Assembly: GCA_021816955.1 (NCBI GenBank)
Contig: JAKAWP010000001.1
Coordinates: forward strand, 10,290-74,289
Length of the DNA stretch: 64,000 nucleotides
Source of the DNA: Thermoplasmata archaeon
Lineage (GTDB): Archaea; Thermoplasmatota; Thermoplasmata; Lutacidiplasmatales; UBA184
Direction of reading: 5' to 3'
A model generated the notes under the pieces. It was given only the letters and a program-made list of their open reading frames with translations. It did not search any database and was not told where the DNA came from. Below, piece after piece: positions 26,328-36,225 of this stretch (its first letter is position 1; every line of letters starts with the position of its first letter). A program made the position numbers and the translations under genes.

Positions 26328-28493
26328 ATGCCCCGTCGGAACCGTTCGCCGCCCGCCCCGCCGCTCCTCCGCGAGTTGTTTACCCCGGCCTCCGTCGCGG
26401 TCGTGGGCGCGTCGAACCGCCCCGGGGCGGTCGGCACGGCGCTGATGCGCAACCTCCTCGCGGCCGGCTACCGCGGCGTGGCGTACCCGGTCAATCCGTC
26501 GTGGAAGAGCGTCTCGGGCGTCCGGTGCTACCCGGATGTCGACGCGCTCCCCGAAGCTCCCGAACTCGGCATCGTGATCGTGCCGGCGGCTCGCGTCGCG
26601 GAGGTTGTGCGCGCCCTCGGTCGGCGCGGCACCCGGGGGGTGATCATCATCTCGTCCGGCTTTCGGGAGGTCGGCGGCGCCGGCGTCGCCCGCGAGCAGA
26701 CGGTCGTGGAGGTCGCCCGCCGCTACCGCATGTCGCTCGTCGGGCCGAACTGCTTCGGGGTGCTGAACACGGACCCCGCGGTGAGCCTCAACGCCACGTT
26801 CAGCGAGAGCCTGCCTCCGCGCGGGTCGATCGCGTTCGTCTCCCAGAGCGGAGCGCTCTGCGCGGGCATCCTCCAGTACGGGATCAGCGAGCGGATCGGG
26901 TTCTCCCGGTTCGTGAGCGTCGGCAACCGGGCCGGCGTCGACGAAAACGACCTTCTCGCCGCCTTGGCGAACGACGAGTCGACGCGCGTGATCTTGCTCT
27001 ACGTGGAGAGCTTGGCGGACGGCCGACGCTTCCTCGCCGAGGCGCGCGAGGTGACGCCGCGCAAGCCGATCTTGGTCATCAAGAGCGGCCGCACGCCCGC
27101 CGGCGAGCGCGCGGCCCAGAGCCACACCGGCTCGCTCGCCGACTCGGCCCGGGACGCGCTGTTTGACGCCCTCTTCGAGCAGAGCGGGGTGCTTCGGATG
27201 GAATCGATCGGGGAGTTGTTCCGGGCCGCCCGACTGTTCAGCTCGTCGTTGCGGTTCCGGGGTCCGCGGCTCGCCATCCTGACGAATTCGGGCGGACCGG
27301 GGATCGTCGCGGCGGACGCCGCGACGCGCCACGGTTTTTCGCTCAGTCGCCTGTCGGCCCGGACGGCGGCGCGGATCCGCGAGCGGTTGTCGCCGTCCGC
27401 GTCGATCGCCAACCCGCTCGACATGACGGCGGACGCCACCGCCGATCAGTACTCCGTCGCCTTGCGCGGGCTGCTCGGAGAGCCGACGGTCGACGGAGCG
27501 TTTGTCATTGCGACGCCGACCGGCACCCTCACCGGCCGCGCCGCCGCCGAGGCGATCCTCCGCGGGCGCGGGCGACGTTCAAAGCCGATCGCAGCGTGCC
27601 TGTTCGGTCTCACCGACCTCTCCCAGGACGTCGGCTTCCTCGAGGCGGCCGGCGTTCCGACGTTCACCTTTCCCGAGGAAGGGATCCAGGCGCTCTCCGC
27701 CCTGGCCCGCTATGCGGAGCGCGTGCGCGAGCCGCCGGAGAAGCCGCGGCGATTTCCCGTCGACCGCGGACGGGCGGACGCGGCGTTGGCCCGGGCCGAG
27801 TCGCTGGGCACCTCGGTGCTGCCCCCGACCCTCGCCCGGGAGCTCCTCGAGGCGTACGGTATCCGATTTCCCCCGAGCCGGCTCGTCCGATCGGCCGAGG
27901 CGGCCGTCGCGGCCGCCGAGGCGATCGGCTACCCCGTGGTCCTCAAGGTCGCCTCGCCGGAGATCCCGCACAAGACCGACGTCGGGGGCGTGGCGCTTCA
28001 CCTGTCCGATGCGGCCGCCGTCCGACGGGCGTGGAATGAGATGCAGCAAGCCCTCGCCCGCCGGGCGCCCCACGCCCGACGGGACACGTTCGAGATCGAG
28101 CCGATGGTCACGGGCGGGCCGGAACTTTTGGTCGGGGTCCAGCGCGAACCGACCTTCGGCCCGGTGCTCGCCTTCGGCCTCGGTGGCGTCTACGTCGAGG
28201 TGCTGCGGGACGTCACGTTCCGGCTCGCCCCGATCGACGAACGGGAAGCGCGGCAGTGGGTGGCGAGCGCGACCGCGTACCCGTTGCTGCGCGGCGTCCG
28301 AGGCGAGCCACCGCGCGACATAGCGGCGGTCAGCGAGGCGCTCGAGCGCGTCTCCCAGCTGAGTGTCGAGCGGCCCGAGGTCCTCGAGCTCGACCTGAAC
28401 CCCTTGGTCCCGCGGCCGCGGGGCCGCGGCGTGATCGCCCTCGACGCGCGGGTCGTCGTTCGTCGGTCTTCCAGATCGGGACGCCGTGCTTGA
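26328..28493 (+). CDS. Acetate/acyl-CoA ligase (ADP-forming), fused alpha-beta
   Basis: VAVVGAS, GPNCFG, SQSGA, SHTGSLA, TNSGGPG, NPLD, HKTDVGGV, ELDLNP. Confidence 0.93.
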   Translation: MPRRNRSPPAPPLLRELFTPASVAVVGASNRPGAVGTALMRNLLAAGYRGVAYPVNPSWKSVSGVRCYPDVDALPEAPELGIVIVPAARVAEVVRALGRRGTRGVIIISSGFREVGGAGVAREQTVVEVARRYRMSLVGPNCFGVLNTDPAVSLNATFSESLPPRGSIAFVSQSGALCAGILQYGISERIGFSRFVSVGNRAGVDENDLLAALANDESTRVILLYVESLADGRRFLAEAREVTPRKPILVIKSGRTPAGERAAQSHTGSLADSARDALFDALFEQSGVLRMESIGELFRAARLFSSSLRFRGPRLAILTNSGGPGIVAADAATRHGFSLSRLSARTAARIRERLSPSASIANPLDMTADATADQYSVALRGLLGEPTVDGAFVIATPTGTLTGRAAAEAILRGRGRRSKPIAACLFGLTDLSQDVGFLEAAGVPTFTFPEEGIQALSALARYAERVREPPEKPRRFPVDRGRADAALARAESLGTSVLPPTLARELLEAYGIRFPPSRLVRSAEAAVAAAEAIGYPVVLKVASPEIPHKTDVGGVALHLSDAAAVRRAWNEMQQALARRAPHARRDTFEIEPMVTGGPELLVGVQREPTFGPVLAFGLGGVYVEVLRDVTFRLAPIDEREARQWVASATAYPLLRGVRGEPPRDIAAVSEALERVSQLSVERPEVLELDLNPLVPRPRGRGVIALDARVVVRRSSRSGRRA

Positions 28494-28839
28494 GCTGCTC
28501 GATCAGATAGCGCGCGGCTCGGAACGCCTCGGCCCGGTGCGGCGCGGCCGCTCCCACCACGACCGCGACCTCGCCGGCCGCGACACGTCCGATCCGGTGC
28601 CAGAGGAGCGGCGCTACCCCCGGCCAGCGGTCGACGGCCCGATGAGCGAGCGCGGCCATCGTCCGCTCGGCGAGCGCCCGATCGGCCTCGTAGTACAGGG
28701 CTCGCACCGGCCCCCCGCGGCCCGGGTCCGGCCGGACCTTGCCGACGAACAGGCAGACCCCTCCGCCGGGTTTCGCGAGGAGGAAGGCGACGGCCTCGCG
28801 GAGGGAGAAAGGGCGTCGACGCAACTCGACCGGGCGCAC
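28330..28839 (-). CDS. moaE: Molybdopterin synthase catalytic subunit
   Basis: GGVCLFVGKVR, LYYEA, HRIG, APHR.EAF.A....IEQLK..VPIWK. Confidence 0.9.
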   Translation of the reverse strand: MRPVELRRRPFSLREAVAFLLAKPGGGVCLFVGKVRPDPGRGGPVRALYYEADRALAERTMAALAHRAVDRWPGVAPLLWHRIGRVAAGEVAVVVGAAAPHRAEAFRAARYLIEQLKHGVPIWKTDERRPARRGRSRRGPAAAGPRGSGRARGPRAARHSAGRRARAPR

Positions 28840-28844
28840 GACCT

Positions 28845-29102
28845 CTAGCCCCCGCTGTACGGCGGATGAATCGCCAGCACGTCGCCCGCGCGGAGCCGCC
28901 GGGTACGTCGGGTCACGTACGTTTCGTTCACGACGAGCCGCGCATGCGCGAGGACGGGACGCAGGGCCGGATACCGGTCCCGAAGGACGTTCACGGCGTC
29001 GGCGACCGTCGGGGCGTCCGCGAGGGAGAGCGTCAGTCGCGGGCGGCCGACGGCTTCCCGAGCTTGGGCGAAGAGTACGACCCGGATCCCGCGAGCGGCC
29101 AC
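28845..29102 (-). CDS. moaD: MoaD/SAMP ubiquitin-like sulfur carrier
   Basis: VVLFAQAREAVG...GDVLAIHPPYSGG with C-terminal GG. Confidence 0.92.
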   Translation of the reverse strand: MAARGIRVVLFAQAREAVGRPRLTLSLADAPTVADAVNVLRDRYPALRPVLAHARLVVNETYVTRRTRRLRAGDVLAIHPPYSGG

Positions 29103-29186
29103 CGTTCGGCTACGGCACGGGACCTTTTGGCCTCACCGGGCGAGCGGCGACAACCGATTAATACGCACCGGCCCCTCGTTCTTCGG

Positions 29187-30941
29187 ATGACGGAGATTTC
29201 GGTACGGTTCGGGGGGGCCGCGGGGGACGGGATCGCCTCGCTCGGCGAGATGATCACCCGATCGTTCTCGCGTCGGGGACTTCACGCCATGGGCCTGAAC
29301 GCGTACCAATCGGTTATCCGGGGCGGGCACGTCTGGTTCCAGACCCGGGCGTCGACCGACCCGATCCACTCGCAGGGGGACGGCACCGACCTTCTGTACG
29401 CCCTCGACGCGCTCACGGTCGAGATTCACGCTCCCGAGGTCCGGCGCGGAGGGACGGTGATCTTCGATCCGGAGAAGTTCACGCTCCCCCGCGACCGAAT
29501 CCCGACGGGCGTTTCCGTCCTCGAGGTTCCGACCCTCGCGATCGCGCGCAAGTACTCGACCCAGGCGATCCTGCAGAACGCCGCCGGCCTCGGCGCCGCG
29601 GCCGCGCTCGCGGGCGTTCCGTGGGCGACGCTGCACGACGTGATCCAAGACTCGTTCGGGAGGAAGTCCGACAACGTCGTGCAATGGAACCTCGGGGCGA
29701 GCGAGGACGGCTATCGCTACGCCCTCGAGCACGCCGCGGTCCACGACCGCGCTCCCGCCGGTGGGGGAGCGGCGAAGCTCGTTCTCACCGGCAACCAAGC
29801 GATCGCGTTAGGGGCCGCGGCGGCCGGCTGCAAGTTCCTCAGCCAGTACCCGATGACGCCCGCCTCGTCGATCATGCATTGGATGGCCGCCCACTCCCGG
29901 GCGCTCGGGATCGTGGTGAAGCAGGCGGAAGACGAGCTCGCCGCGATCAACATGGCGATCGGCGCGTCGTTCGGAGGGGTCCGGGCGATGACCGCGACGA
30001 GCGGGGGCGGGTTTGCCCTCATGGTGGAGGCGCTCGGGATGGCCGGGATGACCGAAACCCCGCTCGTCGTCGTCGAGTCGCAGCGCTCCGGCCCATCGAC
30101 CGGCCTTCCCACGAAGACCGAGCAGGGCGATCTCAACCTGATGCTCGGCGCGGGACAAGGCGAGTTCCCGCGGGCGATCTTGGCCCCGGCCGACCCGGCC
30201 GAGGCGTACCGGGCCGCGATCCGGGCGTTCGAGCTCGCCGAAGCGTTCCAGACGCCGGTCCTGCTCGCGAGCGATCTCCACCTCTCCGAAAGCTACTTCA
30301 CGGTCGACCGCGAGGCGATCGCGCTTCCGCCGGATCCCCCGTCGCTCTTCACCGTGGCCGAGAACGGTCATGAGTACCGCCGCTACGAGATCACCCCCTC
30401 GGGCGTGTCGCCGCGCGCGCTCCCCGGCCAGCCGGGCCTGCAGTTCGTGGCCGGGTCGGACGAACACGACGAGTGGGGCCACCTGATCTCCGACGTCCGC
30501 AGCGGGGTGCCCGAAGGGGTGGCGAAGCGCGTGGAGATGATGGACAAGCGGATGCGAAAGCTGCGGGGGCTGGCGGACGCGGCGCCGACCCCGTTCGTGG
30601 AGGGACCGGTACCGGCCGAGCTCACGATCGTCGCGTGGGGGTCGAGCGTCGGTCCGGTCCGGGACGCGGTGGCAAACCTGAGGGCCGAAGGGATCGTCGC
30701 GAACGTGCTGCGGGTGCCGACCGTCTACCCGCTCCAGGTCGAAGCGCTCGTTCCGCTGCTCCGGGCGGCGCGTCGCACCCTGCTCGTCGAGCTCAATTAC
30801 TCCGGCCAGTTCGGTCGTCTCGTGCGCGCGGAGACCGGGATCGAGCTGCCCGAGCGACTGTTGAAGTACGACGGGGAACCGCTCTATCCCCGCGAGATCG
30901 TCGCCCGCGCGAAGGAGGTCGTTCGAGCCCATGGCGGATAG
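29187..30941 (+). CDS. korA: 2-oxoacid:ferredoxin oxidoreductase alpha subunit
   Basis: GGAAGDGI, IRGGH, YPMTPAS, QAEDE, ATSGGG, QRSGPSTGLPTK. Confidence 0.93.
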   Translation: MTEISVRFGGAAGDGIASLGEMITRSFSRRGLHAMGLNAYQSVIRGGHVWFQTRASTDPIHSQGDGTDLLYALDALTVEIHAPEVRRGGTVIFDPEKFTLPRDRIPTGVSVLEVPTLAIARKYSTQAILQNAAGLGAAAALAGVPWATLHDVIQDSFGRKSDNVVQWNLGASEDGYRYALEHAAVHDRAPAGGGAAKLVLTGNQAIALGAAAAGCKFLSQYPMTPASSIMHWMAAHSRALGIVVKQAEDELAAINMAIGASFGGVRAMTATSGGGFALMVEALGMAGMTETPLVVVESQRSGPSTGLPTKTEQGDLNLMLGAGQGEFPRAILAPADPAEAYRAAIRAFELAEAFQTPVLLASDLHLSESYFTVDREAIALPPDPPSLFTVAENGHEYRRYEITPSGVSPRALPGQPGLQFVAGSDEHDEWGHLISDVRSGVPEGVAKRVEMMDKRMRKLRGLADAAPTPFVEGPVPAELTIVAWGSSVGPVRDAVANLRAEGIVANVLRVPTVYPLQVEALVPLLRAARRTLLVELNYSGQFGRLVRAETGIELPERLLKYDGEPLYPREIVARAKEVVRAHGG

Positions 30942-31830
30942 CGGCGCCGTGGCCGCCGTCCCGACGACGGACCATCCGCTGCCCCTCGTCGGGAAGTCGA
31001 CGGTCAAACCGACGTGGTGCCCCGGCTGCGGCGACTACGGGGTCGTGGCGGCGATCGAGATGGCGGTCAAGCGGCTGCGCTTGCCGAGTCACGAGGTCGT
31101 CATCGTCTCGGGGATCGGCTGCTCGTCGAACTTGCCGCACTTTCTCTCCGCCTACGGGTTCCACGGCATCCACGGCCGGGTCCTTCCGGTCGCCGAGGGG
31201 ATCCGGTGGGCGAACCACGAACTCACCGTCATCGGGACGGGCGGGGACGGCGACGGGTTCGGCATCGGCTGCGGCCACTTCGTCCACGCGATGCGGCGCA
31301 ACGTCAAGATCTGCTACGTGACGATGGACAACGAGATCTACGGCCTCACGACCGGCCAGGCCAGCCCGACGTCCGAGCTCGGCCACCGGACGAAGTCGAC
31401 CCCGTTCGGAGTGATCGAGCGCCCGATCGACCCGATCGCGCTCGCGCTCGCGAGCGGGGCGACGTACGTCGCTCGGGGGTTCTCGGGGGACGTGAAGCAC
31501 TTGGCCGACCTCGTCGCGAACGGCCTCACGCACCGCGGCTTCGCGTTCGTCGACGTGATGAGCCCGTGCGTGACGTACAACAAGATCAACACGTTCGATT
31601 TCTTCCGCCAGCGCGTCTACAAGCTCGAAAGTGCGGGCCACGACCCGTCCGATTTGGTCGCGGCGTGGCAGCGGGCGCTCGAGTGGGGCGAGAAGATCCC
31701 GATCGGCCTGTTCTACAAGACCGACCGGCCGACCTACGAGGAGCTCGAGGAGGTCTTGTCGGCCGGACCGCTCGCCCGGCAACCGGCGGGACTCCGCGCA
31801 CATCCCGAGATCCTGGACGAGTTCGTCTGA
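30931..31830 (+). CDS. korB: 2-oxoacid:ferredoxin oxidoreductase beta subunit
   Basis: WCPGCGD, SGIGCS, HGR, GGDGD, YGLTTGQ.SPT, SPCVTYN. Confidence 0.94.
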   Translation: MADSGAVAAVPTTDHPLPLVGKSTVKPTWCPGCGDYGVVAAIEMAVKRLRLPSHEVVIVSGIGCSSNLPHFLSAYGFHGIHGRVLPVAEGIRWANHELTVIGTGGDGDGFGIGCGHFVHAMRRNVKICYVTMDNEIYGLTTGQASPTSELGHRTKSTPFGVIERPIDPIALALASGATYVARGFSGDVKHLADLVANGLTHRGFAFVDVMSPCVTYNKINTFDFFRQRVYKLESAGHDPSDLVAAWQRALEWGEKIPIGLFYKTDRPTYEELEEVLSAGPLARQPAGLRAHPEILDEFV

Positions 31831-31965
31831 GCGAGGAGCGAACGGCCGGCCCGGGCGGGGCCGTCTCCTCCGTTTCCCGGCGCGGGCGCTCGAGCGCGGC
31901 CCCCGGTCGACCTTTGCCACCGACGGGGAAGTATTTTGTGCTCGGAGCACGCCGGGCGCAGGGGG

Positions 31966-33552
31966 ATGACCACGGCCGATCGTCGTACGACCCTCGATTC
32001 CGGACTCGCCTCGGTCACGCGTGGGACCGTCCTGCTCTTCGTGGCGTCGCTCCTGTTCATCGCGTTCACCTTCGTCTGGCGCGTGGTGCTCGTCCGCACC
32101 CTCGCCCCGGTCGACTGGAGCGTCTTTTCGCTCGGGCTCGCCTACGCGGGGCTGTTCTCTTCGGTCGGAGGGCTCGGTCTCGGAAACACGCTCGCCCGGA
32201 ACATCCCGTACGCCCGCGACGACGACGAGCGACGCGCGATCGTGCGGGGGGCACTCGGCGTGGGAGCGCTCGCCGCGGCCCTTTCGGGCGTCGGGATGTT
32301 CGTGGTCGGCCAGTACGTCGGCGCGACCGTCGGCTCCTCGCTGGTCACCGAATCGCTCGAACTGTTCAGCCTGTCGGTCGCGTTCTCGGTGTTCGCCGGC
32401 ATCCTCGTCTCGGTCTTCCAAGGGTACGAGGACGTCGGGCCGAACGCCTACTTCCTCCAGATCGGAAACCCGCTGTTGTTCCTCGTCTTTCTGGCCGTGC
32501 TGGCCGCGGTCCCGTCGTTGCCCTACTCGTTTTTGACCGCTCTCTGGGCGTACGTGCTCGCGAGCGCGGGGGTGCTCGGCCTCACCGTCCTCTACACCGT
32601 GCGCCACCTCCCTCGCCGGCTTTCGCCCGGTCCGCGCGCGCCCGGGATGCTTGCCCCGACGCTCGCCTTCGCCCTGCCGCTCCTGTTCGTCGCCGTGTCG
32701 GGCTACGTCGCCGGCTACGGCGACACCCTGGTCCTCGGCGCGTACAGCGTCATCGAGGTCGGAACCTACGCGGCGTCGCTGTCGATGGCCCGCCTCCTCA
32801 CGATCGGGGTGGGCGCGCTCTCGTTCATCTTCCTCCCGGTCGCGTCGCGCTACTACGCCCAACGCGACCTCGAGTCGATCCGGACGCTGTACGTCACCGC
32901 CACCAAGTGGATCGTGCTTGCTTCGCTCCCGTTCTTCCTCGTCTTCGTCTGGCGAGCGGGCAACTCGCTCGCGCTCGTCTACGGCAGCGCGTACGCGAGC
33001 AATCCGCTGCCGCTCGAGATCGTCACGACCGGGGCGTTCCTCTCCACGCTGGTCGGCCCCGCGGCGAGCGTCCAGGTCGCGTTCGGCCAAGGGCGGGCCC
33101 TCCTCGTGAACTCGGTCATCGCGGCCGTCGTCGACCTTCTCCTCGCGATCGTCCTCGTGCCGTCGTACGGGATCACGGGCGCGGCGATCGCTTGGGCGGC
33201 GTCCACCGCGGTCTACCCGGCGCTCTCCCTCCTCGAGATCGCGTGGTGGAACGGCGTCCACCCGTTCTACCTCCACTTCGGCCTCCCGCTCGCGGCGACG
33301 CTCGTCCCGCTCGGGATCCTGTTCGTCCTCCTGCCCGCGGGGCCGATCTGGACGCTGCCGCTGCTCGGGGGGCTCGCGGTCGTTTGGTTCGTCGGGGCGA
33401 CGATCGCGACCCGGTCGATCGATGAGGGGGACCGCCGGCTCCTCTACGCCGTCGAGGGGCTGCTCAAGGTGAGGCTCGGCCTCGTCCGCCGGCTCGGCCG
33501 CTTCGCCCTCCGCCCCGCTCAGCCGGACGATCGATCGGCCCGCGACCCTTAA
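31966..33552 (+). CDS. Oligosaccharide flippase (Wzx/MOP family)
   Basis: About 14 hydrophobic segments, FALPL...DTLVLG....EVGTY pattern. Confidence 0.82.
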   Translation: MTTADRRTTLDSGLASVTRGTVLLFVASLLFIAFTFVWRVVLVRTLAPVDWSVFSLGLAYAGLFSSVGGLGLGNTLARNIPYARDDDERRAIVRGALGVGALAAALSGVGMFVVGQYVGATVGSSLVTESLELFSLSVAFSVFAGILVSVFQGYEDVGPNAYFLQIGNPLLFLVFLAVLAAVPSLPYSFLTALWAYVLASAGVLGLTVLYTVRHLPRRLSPGPRAPGMLAPTLAFALPLLFVAVSGYVAGYGDTLVLGAYSVIEVGTYAASLSMARLLTIGVGALSFIFLPVASRYYAQRDLESIRTLYVTATKWIVLASLPFFLVFVWRAGNSLALVYGSAYASNPLPLEIVTTGAFLSTLVGPAASVQVAFGQGRALLVNSVIAAVVDLLLAIVLVPSYGITGAAIAWAASTAVYPALSLLEIAWWNGVHPFYLHFGLPLAATLVPLGILFVLLPAGPIWTLPLLGGLAVVWFVGATIATRSIDEGDRRLLYAVEGLLKVRLGLVRRLGRFALRPAQPDDRSARDP

Positions 33553-33576
33553 GAACCGCGGGAGGGTCGTTCGAAT

Positions 33577-33834
33577 GTGTCGTCTCGTGAGACCTCTCCC
33601 CCGGACGGACCCCGGCTACTCGACGAGCTGTACCGCGCCGTGGCGCGGGCCGATCCGAAGCCAACCGCGATCGAGGTCGGGGTTGCCCTCTCGATCGAGC
33701 TCGGCCGCCAGCGGCCGGCGGTCGCCTGCGGCGGCTGCTCGACCCCGCTCGAGGTCGCGGGGATCCCGGCGCGGACGAACATCCACCTCCGCGAGCCGTT
33801 CCGGCTCGTGTACGATCGCTCGACCGGGCGGTAG
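33577..33834 (+). CDS. Small hypothetical protein with CxxC
   Basis: TATA-like CTTAAG at 33548; CGGC motif. Confidence 0.55.
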   Translation: MSSRETSPPDGPRLLDELYRAVARADPKPTAIEVGVALSIELGRQRPAVACGGCSTPLEVAGIPARTNIHLREPFRLVYDRSTGR

Positions 33835-33873
33835 ATCCGTGCCGCCGCTCGTCCCCGGGGTGGTCGGGTCGCG

Positions 33874-34611
33874 ATGAGTTCGTTGCCGCTCGTCCAGACG
33901 ATCGTCAGTTTCGTCACGACGACGATGACGGTCATCGGGCTTCCCGGCCTGTTCGCCTTGATGGTGGTGGAGAGTTTCGGCCTTCCTCCGCTCCCGAGCG
34001 AGGTGATCCTGCCGTTCGCGGGGTTCCTCGTCGCGAAGGGGCCGTACTCGATGGTCGGCGCGGCGGCGGCGGCTCTCGCGGGCGGGCTCGTCGGCTCGTT
34101 TGTCGCGTACGCCGTGGGGTACTGGTTCCGCGGTCGGCTCACGGCCGTCGGGATCGGCCGGCTCCGGCTGAAGGAATCCGACCTCGCCCGCGTCGATCGT
34201 TGGTTCGACCGACACGGGGAAGGGACCGTCCTGGTCGGCCGGTTGCTGCCGGTGATCCGCGGGTACGTAAGCTACCCCGCGGGAGGGGCGCGGATGAACC
34301 TCGTCCGGTTCGGCGTCTTTACGTTCGTGGGCGCGCTGCCGTTCACGCTGGCGTTGATGTACGCCGGTGTCGTGCTCCGGTCGAATTGGGCGGTCGTCTC
34401 GACGTACTTCGACCTGCTCAACTACCTGTTGATCGCCCTCGTCATCGCCGCGGCGGTCTACCTGTGGCTCGCGGCGGTCGGAACGATCCGCTTCGGCTGG
34501 CCGTTCGGGTCGCGCCGGGCCCCACCGAACACCCCGGTCGAGGCGTCGCCGGCCCCCCGCGATCCCAACGAGCCGACCGGACCGATCCGCGGACGATCGC
34601 CGCCCCCGTAG
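33874..34611 (+). CDS. DedA family membrane protein
   Basis: ES..LPPLPSEVILPFAGF, WFDRHG, GRLLP.IR..VS.PAG. Confidence 0.92.
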   Translation: MSSLPLVQTIVSFVTTTMTVIGLPGLFALMVVESFGLPPLPSEVILPFAGFLVAKGPYSMVGAAAAALAGGLVGSFVAYAVGYWFRGRLTAVGIGRLRLKESDLARVDRWFDRHGEGTVLVGRLLPVIRGYVSYPAGGARMNLVRFGVFTFVGALPFTLALMYAGVVLRSNWAVVSTYFDLLNYLLIALVIAAAVYLWLAAVGTIRFGWPFGSRRAPPNTPVEASPAPRDPNEPTGPIRGRSPPP

Positions 34612-34632
34612 AAGCCAGCGCGCCCCGGTCGC

Positions 34633-35955
34633 TCATCGGCGTAGGGCCCCCGCGGGCTCGGGCGCCTCGTTGGTCGGGGGCTCTTCCCGGTAGCTCGGTC
34701 GAACGACCGAGCCATGCCGCTCCCCGAGGAACTCTCCCCCGCTCACGATCAGCGTTCCCCGGTGGTAATGCTCGGAGGGAAAGATCGCGGGCCAGCCTTC
34801 GTACGGCGTCCAGCCGCACGGCGCGTGGAGGCGGTCCGCGGCCAGCCGAACGACAGCTCGGAAATCGACGACGAGCAGGTTGGCGAGATGGCCGACCGCG
34901 AGGCGGCCGTGGGGACGCCCGAGCCACCGGGCCGGCCGGTCGGCGCCGGCGCTCTGGAGGACCGAAAGGGGCAGCCGTCCGTCCTTCACCGTTTGGAGGA
35001 GCAACGGGACCATCGTCTCGACGCCCGGAACGCCGCTCGGCGCGAGGGCAAACGGCCCGTCCTTCGCCGTGAGCGGATGGGGCGCGTGGTCGCTTGCGAG
35101 GATCGGTATGGCGCCCGCCGCGAACGCCTCCCAGAGCTGCGCGCGCTCGGCTTCGGAGCGGATCGGGGGGTTGACCTTCCATCGCCCCGTTCGGCAGCGG
35201 TCGGTGCTCGCGAGGAGGTGGTGGGGGGTTGCTTCGAACGAGACGCCCCGGTTTCGGAGCCGCTCGACCGTCGTCGGGCTCGTGACGTGCGCGATGTGGA
35301 GTCGCAGCGACGGAGGCGCTGGATCGACCCGGTCGATCCCGGCGAGCTCGGCCGCGACGGGCCGGGCGGCGTCCCACGCCGCGGTCGACGTCGGAGGAGG
35401 ACCTGGAACGAACTGACCCGGGTCCTCCGCGTGCACGACGAGCGGCAGCTCCGTCGAAGCGACGGCAGCGAGAACGGCGGGGATCATCTCGGGCTCGACC
35501 GGCGTGTCGAGCCCGGTCGTGGGACCGAGGTACAACTTGAACGAGCCGGCGAGTCGACCGAGTCGGGGGACCTCCGCGAGCCGCGTCGGGGTGGCGTACA
35601 CGACGAGGTCGACCGCGAGCCGTCCCGCGGCTCGCGCGATGCGCTCGTTCAGTCGGTCGACCCGGTCGGTTGGCGGCTCCGTGTTCGGCATGTCGCCGAC
35701 GAGCCCGACTCCTCCGAGGGCCGCCTGCACGGTGCCGTGCGCGACGTCTTCGGCGGCGTCCGGCGGGCCCGGTTCCCGGAAGTGGACGTGGAGGTCGGTG
35801 AAGCTGGGCAGGAGGACCTTCTCCCCATAGTCGCGGCGCGGCGCTCCCCGCAGATCTTTCGCGATCGCGGCGATGACGCCGTCGTCGTCGATCCCGATCT
35901 CGATCGGTTCGAGTCGTCCGCGCCAGAGCGCCCGGCCGGCGATCACCCGGCTCAC
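34633..35955 (-). CDS. pyrC: Dihydroorotase (start uncertain, possibly 36012)
   Basis: DLHVHFREPG, DMPNT.P, HAED, HIAHVT, EATPHHL, KVNPPIR, SDHAPH, APSGVPG. Confidence 0.92.
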   Translation of the reverse strand: MSRVIAGRALWRGRLEPIEIGIDDDGVIAAIAKDLRGAPRRDYGEKVLLPSFTDLHVHFREPGPPDAAEDVAHGTVQAALGGVGLVGDMPNTEPPTDRVDRLNERIARAAGRLAVDLVVYATPTRLAEVPRLGRLAGSFKLYLGPTTGLDTPVEPEMIPAVLAAVASTELPLVVHAEDPGQFVPGPPPTSTAAWDAARPVAAELAGIDRVDPAPPSLRLHIAHVTSPTTVERLRNRGVSFEATPHHLLASTDRCRTGRWKVNPPIRSEAERAQLWEAFAAGAIPILASDHAPHPLTAKDGPFALAPSGVPGVETMVPLLLQTVKDGRLPLSVLQSAGADRPARWLGRPHGRLAVGHLANLLVVDFRAVVRLAADRLHAPCGWTPYEGWPAIFPSEHYHRGTLIVSGGEFLGERHGSVVRPSYREEPPTNEAPEPAGALRR

Positions 35956-36225
35956 CGAACGCGACGGCGGGCGACGATCGCCGGTGGCAGGGCGGCGCCG
36001 GGCGCCGGGCACGGCCGAGGCGAGCGACCCCGGCGTACTAATAGCCACCCCACCGGGGAACGGCGACCGGTCGACGGCTCTTTCGTTCGCTCGATACGCC
36101 GCTGGGAAGGTCCCGGAGGAGCGGCCGGTCCGCATCTCGACCCAAGCGACGGCGATCTCAACCGGTCCCCTCCGAGCGGCGCGCGCCGGCCGAAGCGCTT
36201 TTCCCGCCGGGTCTATCGTTCCCGC

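Noticed and set aside
36050-36130. Cobalamin-riboswitch-like words (GGGGAA...GCCGCTGGGAAGG) between pyrC and purM
   Set aside because: Only short word matches; I could not build the core helices and the flanking genes are not B12-related
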